From Nannocystis pusilla (lineage in GTDB: Bacteria; Myxococcota_A; Polyangia; Nannocystales; Nannocystaceae): 64,000 nucleotides of DNA. Position numbers and translations under genes: made by a program. The stretch lies in NCBI RefSeq assembly GCF_051105105.1, contig NZ_CP185339.1. One strand, 5' to 3'. Position 1 is the stretch's first letter. The number at the start of each line of letters is the position of its first letter. Positions 22,195-32,298 of the stretch are shown here, piece after piece. The notes under the pieces are model-generated. The model did no database searches, was not told where the DNA came from, and saw only the letters and a program-made list of their open reading frames with translations.

Positions 22195-23523
22195 TCAGGT
22201 GTGCGACGCCGGCCCGCCGTCGCTTGGGCGCCGGCCCTCGCTCCCGCCGCCCGTCACCGCGACGGCCTCGCCGCCGGGCGGCTCGTACATCGGCAGCGCC
22301 AGGCGGAAGCAGGCCCCGGGCCCGTCCGCGTCCTCGACCACCAGCGAGCCGCCGTGCGCCTGGACGATGCTGCGCGCCAGGTAGAGGCCGAGGCCGAGGC
22401 CGGACGACTTCGGCCCGAGGGCGAAGCGGTCGAACAGCGTCGGCAGGAGCTCGGCGGGGATGCCGGGCCCGAAGTCGCGGACGCGGACGAGGCTCCAGTT
22501 GGCGCCGTCGAAGCGATCGCGGCGGATCGTCAGCGACAGCCCCGCCCCCTCCGGGGAGTGGGTGATCGCGTTGTGCAGCAGGTTCTCGAGCGCCTGCCGC
22601 AGCGCGTCGGGATCGGCTCGCGCCAGCACCTGCGGCGGCGCCTCGATCTCGATCGCCTGCCCGTCGGTGGCGAACAGCGCGGCGGTGCTGCGCGTGAGCT
22701 CGACGAGGTCGACGACCTGCAACCGGAGGTCGAACATGCCGCGCTCGATCCGCTCGACGCTGAGGAGGTTGGTCAGCACCCGCGCCAGCCGCTCGACCCC
22801 GCGGCTCGCCTTGCTCAGCTCGTCGACGTCGGCCGCGCGCCCCTCCGCCTCCGCCCGCACCGTCAGCACGTCCAGCCGCCCTGCCAGCGGCGTGATCAGG
22901 TTGCGCAGGTCGTGCGCCACGACCGCGACCAGCTCCTCGGCCGTCCGCTGGCGCGCGCGCTCGGCGGCCGCGCGGGTGGCCTCCTCGACCAGCTCGGCGC
23001 GGTGCGTCACCACCCCGACCCAGTGGGCCACCGCGGCCAGGAACTCGAGGTCGCTCCAGCGGTACTGGTTCCGGGTCGCCGACGTCACCATCAGCACCCC
23101 GCGGCGCTTGCCTTGCACCTCGATGGGCACGGCGATCGCCGACTGCACCTTGAGCCCCTCCTTGACCCCCTGCAGCTCCCCGGCGTCGGCCTGCACGTCG
23201 TCGCAGAAGTAGCGCTTGCCGGTCTGGAACACCTCGGCGGCGCGGCCCCCGTTGCTCAGCGGCATGTGGTCGAGGCCGAGCGCGCGCTGGGTGCGGGACA
23301 TCGGGGAATCGTTGGTCCCGAGCGCCACCAGCGAATCGCGGGCGGCGTCGTGCAGGAACGCGTCCACCTTGTCGGTCTCGATCACCGCGGCCACGACCTC
23401 GCAGGCCTCGACGAGGGTCTCGCGGACCGACGTGACCGGCAGCGCGAGCAGCCGCGTCAGCGCCACGAACAGCGGCGGTTCGGGCGGGCGTTCACCGACG
23501 GGGGTTTCGGGCAGATCGACCAT
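22195..23523 (-). CDS. GAF-domain sensor histidine kinase
   Basis: Start at internal Met (MVDLPETPV...). GAF region, H-box VVAHDLRNLITPL, N box LENLLHNAITHS, G boxes DFGPGIP, GLGLGLYLARSIVQAHGG. Confidence 0.75.
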   Translation of the reverse strand: MVDLPETPVGERPPEPPLFVALTRLLALPVTSVRETLVEACEVVAAVIETDKVDAFLHDAARDSLVALGTNDSPMSRTQRALGLDHMPLSNGGRAAEVFQTGKRYFCDDVQADAGELQGVKEGLKVQSAIAVPIEVQGKRRGVLMVTSATRNQYRWSDLEFLAAVAHWVGVVTHRAELVEEATRAAAERARQRTAEELVAVVAHDLRNLITPLAGRLDVLTVRAEAEGRAADVDELSKASRGVERLARVLTNLLSVERIERGMFDLRLQVVDLVELTRSTAALFATDGQAIEIEAPPQVLARADPDALRQALENLLHNAITHSPEGAGLSLTIRRDRFDGANWSLVRVRDFGPGIPAELLPTLFDRFALGPKSSGLGLGLYLARSIVQAHGGSLVVEDADGPGACFRLALPMYEPPGGEAVAVTGGGSEGRRPSDGGPASHT

Positions 23524-23884
23524 GGGCACACGGACGTGCAGGCCCGGACCATATGGACCCGACTCCGGCGATGGGCGAGCTCGCGCTTTCTGGCGGGCAG
23601 CGGGCGCGGAGAGCAACTCGCCCGCCGCATCGCTGCCCGGGTGCGGCGCGCCCGGGCGCATGAGACGCACCGTCCACCGCCTGCGCCCGGGCCGGGAAAA
23701 ACCCCGGCGAACCGCCCCCGCGGGCCCATGGCTCCGTCGCCCGATCGAAGCCCGCCCCATGCCCCGGGCGCCCCGGCGCCCTGCTGTGATTGCCTCGAGG
23801 ACATGTCCGATCGGTCCTGTCATGCATGGCCGAGCCCGCCGGCCCTCGCTGGCGCCCCGGCGAATCGCCCGCATACTGCGCGAG

Positions 23885-24877
23885 ATGAGGCGCGCGGGCG
23901 AATCGAGGGTCGCGGTCGTCACCGGCGCGTCGAGCGGGCTCGGGCGGGCGACCGCCTACGGCCTGGCGGAGCGCGGCTGGCGGGTCGCCGTGGCGGCGCG
24001 CCGCGAGGGCGAGCTCGAGCGCACCGCCGCGGGCTGCCGCGAGCGCGGCGGCGAGGCGCTGGTGGTCCCGACCAACGTCACCCACGAGGACGCGGTGATG
24101 CACCTGGCCGAGGCGACCCTGTCCTGCTGGGGTCACATCGACGCGTGGATCAACAACGCCGGCGTGACCCTGTTCGCCCCGCTCGAGGGCGGCTCGCTCG
24201 CGGATCACCGGCAGGTGATCGAGACCAACCTCCACGGCGCCCTGCACGGCGCGCGCGCGGTGGTCCCGGTGTTCCGCCGCCAGGGCCACGGCACGCTTAT
24301 CAACATCGGCTCGGTGCTCAGCAAGATCGGCCACGCCTTCGTGCCCTCCTACGTGATCAGCAAGTTCGCGCTGCACGGCCTGTCCGAGGCCCTGCGCGTC
24401 GAGCTGGCCGAGTACCCCGACATCCACGTGTGCACCGTCTTCCCCTACGCGATCGACACGCCGCACTTCCAGGTCGCGGCCAACGATCTCGGTCGCCACG
24501 TCAACGCCATGCCCCCGGTGCAGTCGCCCGACGAGGTCGCGGGCGCGGTCGTCGACCTCGTCGAACACCCCCGGCGCCAGCGCTTCGTCCCGCGGATCGC
24601 CGAGCTCGGCCTTTTGATTCACCGCGTCTTCCCGCGCACCATGGAGCGGCTGCTCTACCGCGCGCTCGGACGGTTTCACCTCGGCGCGCCCGAGCCGCCC
24701 GTCGAGGGCAACCTGTTCCGCCCCACCGGCGAGCACGCGGCGGTCCGCGGCCATCGCCCGCCGCGGCTCGGCACCCCGGCGTTCCTCGCCTGGACCGCGC
24801 GCGAGCTGCTGCGCATCGAACTCGACGCCGTCCGCCACCGCCTCAAAAAATGGCACGTGACGCGTACGACGCAGTGA
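23885..24877 (+). CDS. SDR-family oxidoreductase
   Basis: VAVVTGASSGLGRA, NNAG, YVISKFALHGL. An alternative start at 23822 is possible. Confidence 0.75.
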   Translation: MRRAGESRVAVVTGASSGLGRATAYGLAERGWRVAVAARREGELERTAAGCRERGGEALVVPTNVTHEDAVMHLAEATLSCWGHIDAWINNAGVTLFAPLEGGSLADHRQVIETNLHGALHGARAVVPVFRRQGHGTLINIGSVLSKIGHAFVPSYVISKFALHGLSEALRVELAEYPDIHVCTVFPYAIDTPHFQVAANDLGRHVNAMPPVQSPDEVAGAVVDLVEHPRRQRFVPRIAELGLLIHRVFPRTMERLLYRALGRFHLGAPEPPVEGNLFRPTGEHAAVRGHRPPRLGTPAFLAWTARELLRIELDAVRHRLKKWHVTRTTQ

Positions 24878-26275
24878 TCGTCGGCGCCGGGCCCAACGGC
24901 CTGGCCGCCGCCATCACCCTCGCCGCCGCGGGTCACTCGACCCTCGTCGTCGAGGCCGGCGCGACCCCGGGCGGCGGCTGTCGCTCGGCCGAGCTCACCC
25001 TGCCCGGCTTCGTCCACGATCCCTGCGCCTCGATCCACCCGCTCGGCCTGGCCTCGCCGTACTTCCGCACCCTGCCGCTCGCGCGTCACGGCCTTTCGTG
25101 GATCGAGCCGCCGACCCAGCTCGTCCACCTGCTGAACGACGGCCGGGCCGTGCGCCTCGAGCGGTCGATCGCCGCCACCGCGGAGCAGTTCGGCGCCGAC
25201 GCCCCGGCCTACCGCGACCTCGTCGCGCCGTTCGTCGAGCGCTTCGACACCCTGTTGCCGATGATCTTGAGCGCGCTGCGCTGGCCCGCCGATCCGCTGC
25301 TCCTGGCTCGCTTCGGCGTGGTCGGCCTGCGCTCGATGCAGGGCCTCGCGCGGCGCTTCACCGGCGAGCCCGCGCGCGCCTTGCTGGCCGGCATCGCCGC
25401 CCACGCCATGGTCCCGCTGGACGCCCCTGCCACCGCCGCCTTCGCCCTCGTGCTGACGATCGCCGCCCACGCGGTCGGCTGGCCGCTCGCCCGCGGCGGC
25501 TCGCAGGCGATCGTCGACGCCCTCGTCGCGCACCTGCGCGAGCTCGGCGGCGAGCTCGAGCTGAACCACGAGGTCGCCCACATCTCCGAGCTGCCGCCGG
25601 CCCGCGCATACTTGTTCGAACGTCTCGCCGCGGCGCCTCGCCTCGATCACGGCCGGCCGCCTGCCCTCCGCTTACCTGCGCCGGCTCGGCCGCTTCCGCT
25701 ACGGCCCCGGCGTCTACAAGCTCGACTGGGCCTTGCAGGCGCCGATCCCCTGGCGCGATCCGGCCTGTGCGCGCGCCGGCACCGTCCACCTCTCGGGCTC
25801 CCTCGAGGCCGTCGCCGACACCCTCGTCCACGTCCACCGCGGCGCCCTCGCGGCCGAGCCGTTCGTCTTGCTCGCGCAGCCGACCCTGTTCGACGCCGGC
25901 CGCGCACCGCCGGGCATGCACATCGCCTGGGCCTACTGTCACGTGCCGCACGGCTCGGCGATCGACGCCGGCGCGCAGATCGAGGCCCACATCGAGCGCT
26001 TCGCCCCCGGTTTCCGCGACACCATCCTCGCCCGCTCGGCCCGCACCGCCGTCGACATGGCCCGCTACAACCCCAACTACGTCGGCGGCGACATCAACGG
26101 CGGCCTCGCCGATGTGCGCCAGCTGTTCTTTCGCCCGCTCGTCCGCGCCGATCCGTACACCACCCCCGCGCCCGACATCTTCCTCTGCTCGTCGTCGACC
26201 CCGCCCGGCGGCGGCGTCCACGGGATGTGCGGCCACGCCTGCGCGCGCAGCGTGCTCGCGCGGGTGTTCGCGTGA
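24850..26275 (+). CDS. FAD/NAD(P)-dependent oxidoreductase, phytoene-desaturase (CrtI)-like; +1 frameshift near 25620
   Basis: YDAVIVGAGPNGLAAAITLAAAGHSTLVVEA dinucleotide-binding fold. C-terminal half continues in ORF 25733..26275 (GTVHLSGS...YVGGDINGG...). Frames join when the extra A in ttcgaACGTC is removed. Confidence 0.7.
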
Positions 26276-26293
26276 TCGATCACCCTGTCGGGC

Positions 26294-27067
26294 ATGACCC
26301 GGATCCTGTCCCTCAACATCGGCGGCTACGGCGATCGTCACGGCCCGTGGAGCGCTCGCCGGCCGCTCGTCGCCGCCATGCTCGCCGAGCAGCGGCCCGA
26401 CCTCGTCGCCTTGCAGGCGGTCGCGCGCGACCCGGCGATCGAAGGCGGCAGCGACCAGGCGAGCCAGCTCGCGCGCGACGTGGGCGGCTACCAGGTCGTC
26501 TGGCGCCCCGCGGCGGCGGACGCGGACGGCCCTGAGCTCGGCCTCGCCTTGCTGTCGCGGGCGCCCGCGATCGCCACGCACGTCCGCCCGCTGACGCGTC
26601 GCCGCGACGCCGACGACCCGACGGACCGCGTCCTGCTGCACGGCGTGTTCCCGTGGCCGCGCGGCCCGCTGCACGTCGTGTGCGCCCACCTGTCGTGGAC
26701 CGAGGCGCAGGCGCGCGACAACGTCGGCGAGGTCCTCGCCTACCTCGCCGGCGTCCCCGGCCCCAGGCTCCTCCTCGGCGACTTCAACCAGACGCCCACC
26801 AGCGACGCGCTCGCCCGCCTGCTGGCCGCCGGCCTCGTCGACGCCTGGGCCGCGCTGCACCCCGACCTCCCCGGTCACACCTTTTACGAGCGCGGCGCCC
26901 TGCGCAAACGCATCGATTATCTGCTGCTCGATCGCCACCTCGCCGCGCGGCTCGGCGACGTCTCGCTCGTCCTCGACGGGCCCGGCGAGCGTCGGGCCTC
27001 CGATCACGCCGGCCTCCTCGCGCGGCTCGCCAGCGGCGACGAGCGGGCGGACGTCGTGCAATCATAA
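26294..27067 (+). CDS. endonuclease/exonuclease/phosphatase (EEP) family protein
   Basis: ILSLNIGG, LVALQAV, LLGDFNQTP and ASDHAGL: the EEP catalytic motif set. Confidence 0.7.
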   Translation: MTRILSLNIGGYGDRHGPWSARRPLVAAMLAEQRPDLVALQAVARDPAIEGGSDQASQLARDVGGYQVVWRPAAADADGPELGLALLSRAPAIATHVRPLTRRRDADDPTDRVLLHGVFPWPRGPLHVVCAHLSWTEAQARDNVGEVLAYLAGVPGPRLLLGDFNQTPTSDALARLLAAGLVDAWAALHPDLPGHTFYERGALRKRIDYLLLDRHLAARLGDVSLVLDGPGERRASDHAGLLARLASGDERADVVQS

Positions 27068-27191
27068 GACCCGGGTTTTCGCCAGCCCGCGCCCCGCTGA
27101 CCCGAATCGGCGCAGTCGGCGACAATCACACGACCTTGCGAGATGCACCGACCGGGCGGGATTCGACTGGCCCCATCCGATAGGCCGTGTC

Positions 27192-27674
27192 ATGAACGGC
27201 CCGATGATCGAAACCGCTCAAGACCCCACCATCTACCAGGTGATCCGCGAGCAGCACCGCGCCGTCGCGGAGCTGCTCGCCGCGCTGTCGCGCGAGCGGG
27301 ACGTCGCGCGCGGGCAGCAGCTGTTCGGCCAGGTCCGCGACGCGCTCGAGCGCCACGCGCGGGCCGAGGAGGCCGTGTTCTACGACATCCTCGCCCAGCA
27401 GGACGCGCAGGGCAAGGCGCTGGCCAAGGACGCCGAGCGCGACCACGCGCAGGTCCGGCAGCAGCTGGCCGAGCTCGAGGCGATGCGGGCCGACGACGCG
27501 AAATGGGCGACGAAGGTCGAGGCGCTGACGCGCAGCGTCACCGAGCACGTCGCGTTCGAGGAGAGCACGATCTTCGCCGCCGTCGAGGCCATCCTCGACG
27601 ACGATCAGGCGCGCACCCTCGCCGAGACCTTCGAGGCGCTCGAGTCGCGGGTCGAGCCCGAGGCCGCCGCCTGA
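27192..27674 (+). CDS. hemerythrin-like (HHE cation-binding) domain protein
   Basis: Four-helix pattern with His/Glu ligands (IREQHRAV, LERHARAEEAVFYDIL, ERDHAQVRQQLAELE, VTEHVAFEESTIF). Confidence 0.6.
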   Translation: MNGPMIETAQDPTIYQVIREQHRAVAELLAALSRERDVARGQQLFGQVRDALERHARAEEAVFYDILAQQDAQGKALAKDAERDHAQVRQQLAELEAMRADDAKWATKVEALTRSVTEHVAFEESTIFAAVEAILDDDQARTLAETFEALESRVEPEAAA

Positions 27675-27719
27675 TCGCCCGACTGTGATGATTCGAGGTT
27701 CGCCGGGCAGGGGTCGCCA

Positions 27720-28805
27720 ATGAGCGGAGTCGTATCACCGGAGTTCGCGCTCCCCTCGCCGGCGAGGGAGCCGGAGCTGCGCGCGCGGATCGGCGGACAG
27801 GTCCGCCCGCCGCGCGAGGTCGTGGTCATGCGCGCCCTGCCGGGCCTCGGCGACTTCCTGTGCGCCACCCCGGCGCTGCGGGCCCTGCGAGCCGCGCTGC
27901 CGCGGGCCAGGATCACCCTCTTGGGCCTCGCGCGGACCCGCGAGCTCGTCGCCCGCTACCCGCACCTCGTCGACGACCTGCTCGAGTTCCCCGGCTTCCC
28001 CGGCCTGCCCGAGACGCCCGCCGACGTGCGCGCCCTGCCCGACTTCCTGCGCGCCGTCCAGGGCCGCTTCGACCTCGCCCTGCAGATGCACGGCGACGGC
28101 CTCGTCAGCAACATCTTCGTTCAGCTGCTGGGCGCGCGCGCCAGCGCCGGCTTCTACGCCCCGCCGCAGCCGTGCCCCGATCCTGCGACCTTCGTGCTCT
28201 ACCCCGGCGACTTCGCCGAGCCGCGGATCCTCCTCGCCTTGCTCGCCGCGCTCGGCATCGAGGCGCGCGGCGAGCGGCTCGAGTTCCCGCTCGCGCCGGG
28301 CGACGCGCACCAGTGCGACGCGCTGCTGCAGGCCGCCGGCCTCTCGCCCGACGCCGCGTTCGCGGTCGTCCACCCCGGCGCCGCCGAGCCGCACCGCCGC
28401 GTCGACCCCGGCGTGCTCGGGCAGGTCGCCGACGGCCTGGTGACGCGCGGCCTCGCGGTCGTCCTCACCGGCGCCGCCGACGAGGCCGACCTCGCCGCCG
28501 CGGTCCGCCGCCACGCCGGACGCGACCTCGTCGATCTGGTCGGCCGCACCGGCCTCGGCTCGCTCGGCGCGCTGGTCGAGCGCGCCCGCCTCGTCGTCGC
28601 CGGCGACACCGGCGTCTCGCACCTGGCCAGCGCGCTGTCCACCCCGAGCGTCGTCGTCTTCCGCAGCACCGCGCCGGGCCGCTGGGCGCCCCTCGATCGC
28701 GAGCGTCACCGCGTCGTCGACGCCCGCGCGGTCCCGCCGACTTCCGCGGCCATCCTCGCCGAGGCCGACGCCGCCCTGTTCCTCGCGGGGGTGGATCGTG
28801 CTTGA
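27720..28805 (+). CDS. glycosyltransferase family 9 (LPS heptosyltransferase-like)
   Basis: VVVMRALPGLGDFLCATPALRALRAA, AVVHPGAAEPHRR, VAGDTGVSHLASALSTPSVVVF: the GT9 pattern. Confidence 0.75.
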   Translation: MSGVVSPEFALPSPAREPELRARIGGQVRPPREVVVMRALPGLGDFLCATPALRALRAALPRARITLLGLARTRELVARYPHLVDDLLEFPGFPGLPETPADVRALPDFLRAVQGRFDLALQMHGDGLVSNIFVQLLGARASAGFYAPPQPCPDPATFVLYPGDFAEPRILLALLAALGIEARGERLEFPLAPGDAHQCDALLQAAGLSPDAAFAVVHPGAAEPHRRVDPGVLGQVADGLVTRGLAVVLTGAADEADLAAAVRRHAGRDLVDLVGRTGLGSLGALVERARLVVAGDTGVSHLASALSTPSVVVFRSTAPGRWAPLDRERHRVVDARAVPPTSAAILAEADAALFLAGVDRA

Positions 28806-29320
28806 CCCGCGGGTCGCCCTCCGCCGCGCTCGCCGGCTGCTCGTCGTCCCGCCGGCGGCCGGCTGCGACGAGCTCGGGCCGGCGCTCGTGCGCCTGCGCG
28901 TCGCGGTGCCGCAGGCGATGGTGGTCCTGTTGGCCGACGCGCGCGCGGCCGGGCGCGTCGCCGCCTTCGTCGACCAGGTCGTGCCTGCCGGCGCCCTGAC
29001 GCGGTGCGACGCCCCGCACCTCTCGACCCTGGTCGAGCGGCTGGCCGCGGCGCGCCTCGACGCCGCTTCTGGTGTTTACGGCCGTCGGCGAGACCGCCTT
29101 CGAGGTCGCCTACCTCGCCTATCTCGCCGGCATCCCGGTGCGCGCCGGCTTCGCCGGCGAGTTCGGCGGCGGCGTGCTCGCGCCGGCCGTCCCGCCCCCG
29201 TCGGCCCGCGTCATCGGTCCGGGGCGTCACCTCTCCCTGCTCGACGCGCTCGACCTGAGCGCGGCGCTCGCCCCCGCGAGCGCGAAAGCGAGGCCCTCGT
29301 GCGACGACTCCGCGTCCTGA
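28798..29320 (+). CDS. GT9-like N-terminal-domain protein, short and internally frameshifted (possible gene fragment)
   Basis: Segments LLVVP...VVLLADARAAGRV and (next frame) VFTAVGETAFEVAYLAYLAGIPVRAGF resemble the first GT9 Rossmann domain. Only ~170 aa, and the frame changes near 29066. Confidence 0.3.
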
Positions 29321-30430
29321 CCTGGCACGTTCACGGCAGCTACCTCTACTACCTCACCCAGGCGCCGCACGAGTTCTACCTGCCCGTAAAGCCAGGTCGA
29401 CCCGAGGGCTACGGCGGGCGCAGCGGCAGCTTCGCCTGGGGCGCCAACGTCCACGAGGTCCCGGTGGAGGCCCTCGCGCAGCAGCAGTTCGACGTCGTCC
29501 TGTTCCAGTCGCGCCGCAACTACGAGTGCGACCAATTCGAGGTCCTCGGCGCCGCCCAGCGCCGGCTGCCGCGCGTCTACCTCGAGCACGATCCGCCGCG
29601 CGAGTCGCCGACCGACACCCGCCACCCGGTCGACGACCCCGACGTCTCTGCTCGTCCACGTCACCCCGTTCAACGCCCTGATGTGGGACGCCGGGCGCAC
29701 CCCCGTGCGGGTCGTCGAGCACGGCGTCGTCGTCCCCGACGACGCCGCCTACAGCGGCGAGCTCGCGCGCGGCATCGTCGTCGTCAACGACCTCGCGCGG
29801 CGCGGGCGTCGGCTCGGCCGCGACGTGTTCGACCGCGTGCGCGCCCACGTCCCGCTCGACCTCGCCGGCATGGACTCGGCCGCGCTCGGCGGCCTCGGCG
29901 ACCTGCCGCTGCGCGAGCTCCACGCCCGGCTCGGCCGCTACCGCTTCTTCTTCAACCCGATCCGCTACACCAGCCTCGGCCTGGCGGTGTGCGAGGCGAT
30001 GATGATCGGCCTGCCGATCCTCGGCCTCGCCACCACCGAGATGAGCACCGCCGTGCAGAGCGGCGTCAACGGCTACGTCGAGACCGACCTCGACCGCCTG
30101 CTCGCGCACATGCGGCGCCTGCTCGCCGACCCCGCCGAGGCCGCCGAGCTGGCCGCCGGCGCGCGCCGGATCGCCCGCCAGCGGTTCGGCATCGGCCGCT
30201 TCGCCGCCGATTGGTCGCGGGTCCTGGGCGAGGTCACCGGATGTCCCGAGGGACAGCTCGTCGCGCCGATACCGGGATGTCCCGAGGGACAGCTCGTCGC
30301 GCCCGCCGCCGGATGTCCCGAGGGACAGCTCGTCGCGCCCGCCACCGGATGCCCCGAGGACCAGCTCGTCCCGCCGATCACCACCTGTCCCGCGGGACAG
30401 GCCCCCGAGCCGGCCCGGAGGACCGCGTGA
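29299..30430 (+). CDS. glycosyltransferase family 4 with C-terminal GCPEGQLVAPxx 12-aa tandem repeats; +1 frameshift near 29655
   Basis: GTG start (VRRLRVLTWHVHGSYLYY). GT4 C-terminal domain FFNPIRYTSLGLAVCEAMMIGLPILGLATTEMSTAVQSGVNGYV in ORF 29681..30430. The two ORFs join at gacgtcTctg. Confidence 0.65.
30239..30410 (+). repeat. 36-bp in-frame tandem repeat (x4.5) encoding GCPEGQLVAPxx
   Basis: ggatgtcccgagggacagctcgtcgcgcc repeated with 36-bp period inside the 3' end of the GT4 gene. Confidence 0.8.
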
Positions 30431-32298
30431 AGCCGCTGCCGTTCGAGACCGGCGCGGGCGTCGGTCAGCCGCAGAGCCCGCTGCGGATCGCCATGATCAG
30501 CGAGCACGCCTCGCCGCTCGCCCCGCTCGGCGGGCGCGACAGCGGCGGCCAGAACGTCTACGTCGCCCAGGTCGCGCGCCACCTCGGCCGCCTCGGCCAC
30601 CGCGTCGACGTGTTCACCCGCCGCGACAGCCCGACCTTGCCGACGGTCGTCGAGCTGGCCGACGGCGTGCGCGTGATCCCGGTCGACGCCGGCCCGCCCG
30701 CGCCGCTGGCCAAGGAGTCGCTGCTGCCGCTCATGCCCGCGTTCACCCGCGAGGTCGCGGCCCACGCCCGGCGCGAGCGCTACGACCTGGCCCACGCCAA
30801 CTTCTTCATGAGCGGCCTCGTCGCCGCCGACCTCAAGCGCGAGCTCGGCGTCCCGTTCGCGGTCACCTTCCACGCGCTCGGCAAGGTCCGGCGCCAGCAC
30901 CAGGGCCAGGCCGACGGCTTCCCCGACGAGCGCTTCGCCATCGAGGAGCGGGTCGTCGGCGAGGCCGACGTGATCGTCGCCGAGTGTCCGCAGGACGAGG
31001 TCGACCTCATGACCCTCTACTCGGCCGACCCCGAGAAGCTCGTCATGGTCCCGTGCGGCTTCGACCCCGAGGAGTTCTGGCCGGGCGGACGCGCCGAGGC
31101 CCGCGCCGCGCTCGGCCTCGCCGACGGCGACCGCATCATCTTGCAGCTCGGGCGCATGGTCCCGCGCAAGGGCGTCGACAACGTCATCCGCGCGCTCGCG
31201 CGGCTGCCGGGCGAGCTGCGGGCGCGGCTCGTCGTCGTCGGCGGCGAGTCGCGCCGGCCCGACCCGGCGCTCACCCCCGAGATCGGCCGATTGATGGCAG
31301 TCGCCCGCGACGAGGGCGTCGCGGATCGCGTCACCTTCGTCGGCAGCCGCGGCCGCGGCGAGCTGCGCGACTACTACGTCGCCGCCGACGTGTTCGTCAG
31401 CACCCCCTGGTACGAGCCGTTCGGCATCACCCCGCTCGAGGCCATGGCCTGCGGCGTCCCCGTCATCGGCGCCAACGTCGGCGGCATCGCCCACACCGTC
31501 GCCCACGGCGAGACCGGCTACCTCGTCCCGCCGAGCGACCCCGACGCCCTGGCCGACAAGCTCGCGCTCGTGTTGTCGCAGCCGCGCCTGGCCCGGCGCC
31601 TGGCCCAGCTCGGCCTGCAGCGCGTCCACGCCCTCTTCACCTGGGAGAAGGTCGCCGCGCGCCTGGCCGACGCCTTCGCCGCGGCCGCCGGCCGGCGCCC
31701 CGCCCAGGCGCCCACCGCCGCCTTCGCCGCCGTCGACCGCGGCTTCGACGACCTGCTCGCGGTGCTCTCGCGCGCCAAGACCTGCCTGCGCGACGACATC
31801 GTCCGCGCCGCCGACCTCGTCAGCGGCGCCTTCGCCCGCGGCGGCAAGGTGCTCGTGTGCGGCAACGGCGGCAGCGCCACCGACGCCCAGCACTTCGCCG
31901 CCGAGCTCGTCGGCCGCTTCCTCGCCCCCGACCGCGCCGCCTTGCCGGTCATCGCCCTCAACGCCGACACCGCGGTGCTGACCGCCTGGGCCAACGACGT
32001 TGGCTACGCCGACGTGTTCGCCCGCCAGGTCCGCGCCTACGGCCGCCCCGGCGACGTGGTGTTCGGCATCTCGACCAGCGGTCGCTCGGCCAACGTCGTC
32101 GCCGCCCTCAAGACCGCGCGCGACTGCGGCCTGCGCACCTTCGCCTTGCTCGGCGGCACCGGCGGCGAGGCCGGCGACCTCGCCGACTGCGCCCTCATCG
32201 TCCCCTCGCCCGACACACAGCGCATTCAGGAGGTCCACACATTGGCCCTGCACCTGATCTGCGAGCTGGTCGAGGCGCGGGTCGCCCCGCTATCCTGA
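30421..32298 (+). CDS. fusion protein: GT4 glycosyltransferase (MshA-like) + SIS-domain sedoheptulose-7-phosphate isomerase (GmhA)
   Basis: N-terminal part RIAMISEHASPLAPLGGRDSGGQNVYVAQVARHLGRLGHRVDVFTRR ... EPFGITPLEAMACGVPVI (GT4 E-x7-E). C-terminal 190 aa GGKVLVCGNGGSATDAQHFAAELVGRF...VFGISTSGRSANVV...IQEVHTLALHLICELVE matches GmhA. One continuous frame, no stop between the two domains. Confidence 0.75.
   Translation, partial: DRVKPLPFETGAGVGQPQSPLRIAMISEHASPLAPLGGRDSGGQNVYVAQVARHLGRLGHRVDVFTRRDSPTLPTVVELADGVRVIPVDAGPPAPLAKESLLPLMPAFTREVAAHARRERYDLAHANFFMSGLVAADLKRELGVPFAVTFHALGKVRRQHQGQADGFPDERFAIEERVVGEADVIVAECPQDEVDLMTLYSADPEKLVMVPCGFDPEEFWPGGRAEARAALGLADGDRIILQLGRMVPRKGVDNVIRALARLPGELRARLVVVGGESRRPDPALTPEIGRLMAVARDEGVADRVTFVGSRGRGELRDYYVAADVFVSTPWYEPFGITPLEAMACGVPVIGANVGGIAHTVAHGETGYLVPPSDPDALADKLALVLSQPRLARRLAQLGLQRVHALFTWEKVAARLADAFAAAAGRRPAQAPTAAFAAVDRGFDDLLAVLSRAKTCLRDDIVRAADLVSGAFARGGKVLVCGNGGSATDAQHFAAELVGRFLAPDRAALPVIALNADTAVLTAWANDVGYADVFARQVRAYGRPGDVVFGISTSGRSANVVAALKTARDCGLRTFALLGGTGGEAGDLADCALIVPSPDTQRIQEVHTLALHLICELVEARVAPLS

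Noticed and set aside
22173-22565. Small ORFs starting inside the CATGTCC motifs (22173..22565, 22187..22384) and the MF* mini-ORFs in CATGTTTTAA
   Set aside because: The ATGs are part of a conserved DNA motif that recurs in non-coding contexts. The translations are low-complexity and overlap the 3' end of the kinase gene on the other strand.
22201-26535. 1444-aa ORF (also 4261..6210 at 649 aa, 28798..32298 at 1166 aa as a single protein, 45712..49431 at 1239 aa, 56134..58404 at 756 aa, 13905..15917 and 10003..11106 minus strand)
   Set aside because: Stop-poor frames caused by the very high GC content. They run antisense to, or across, real genes and repeat arrays. They have Arg/Pro/Ala-rich low-complexity translations and no GC3 periodicity outside the segments assigned to real genes.
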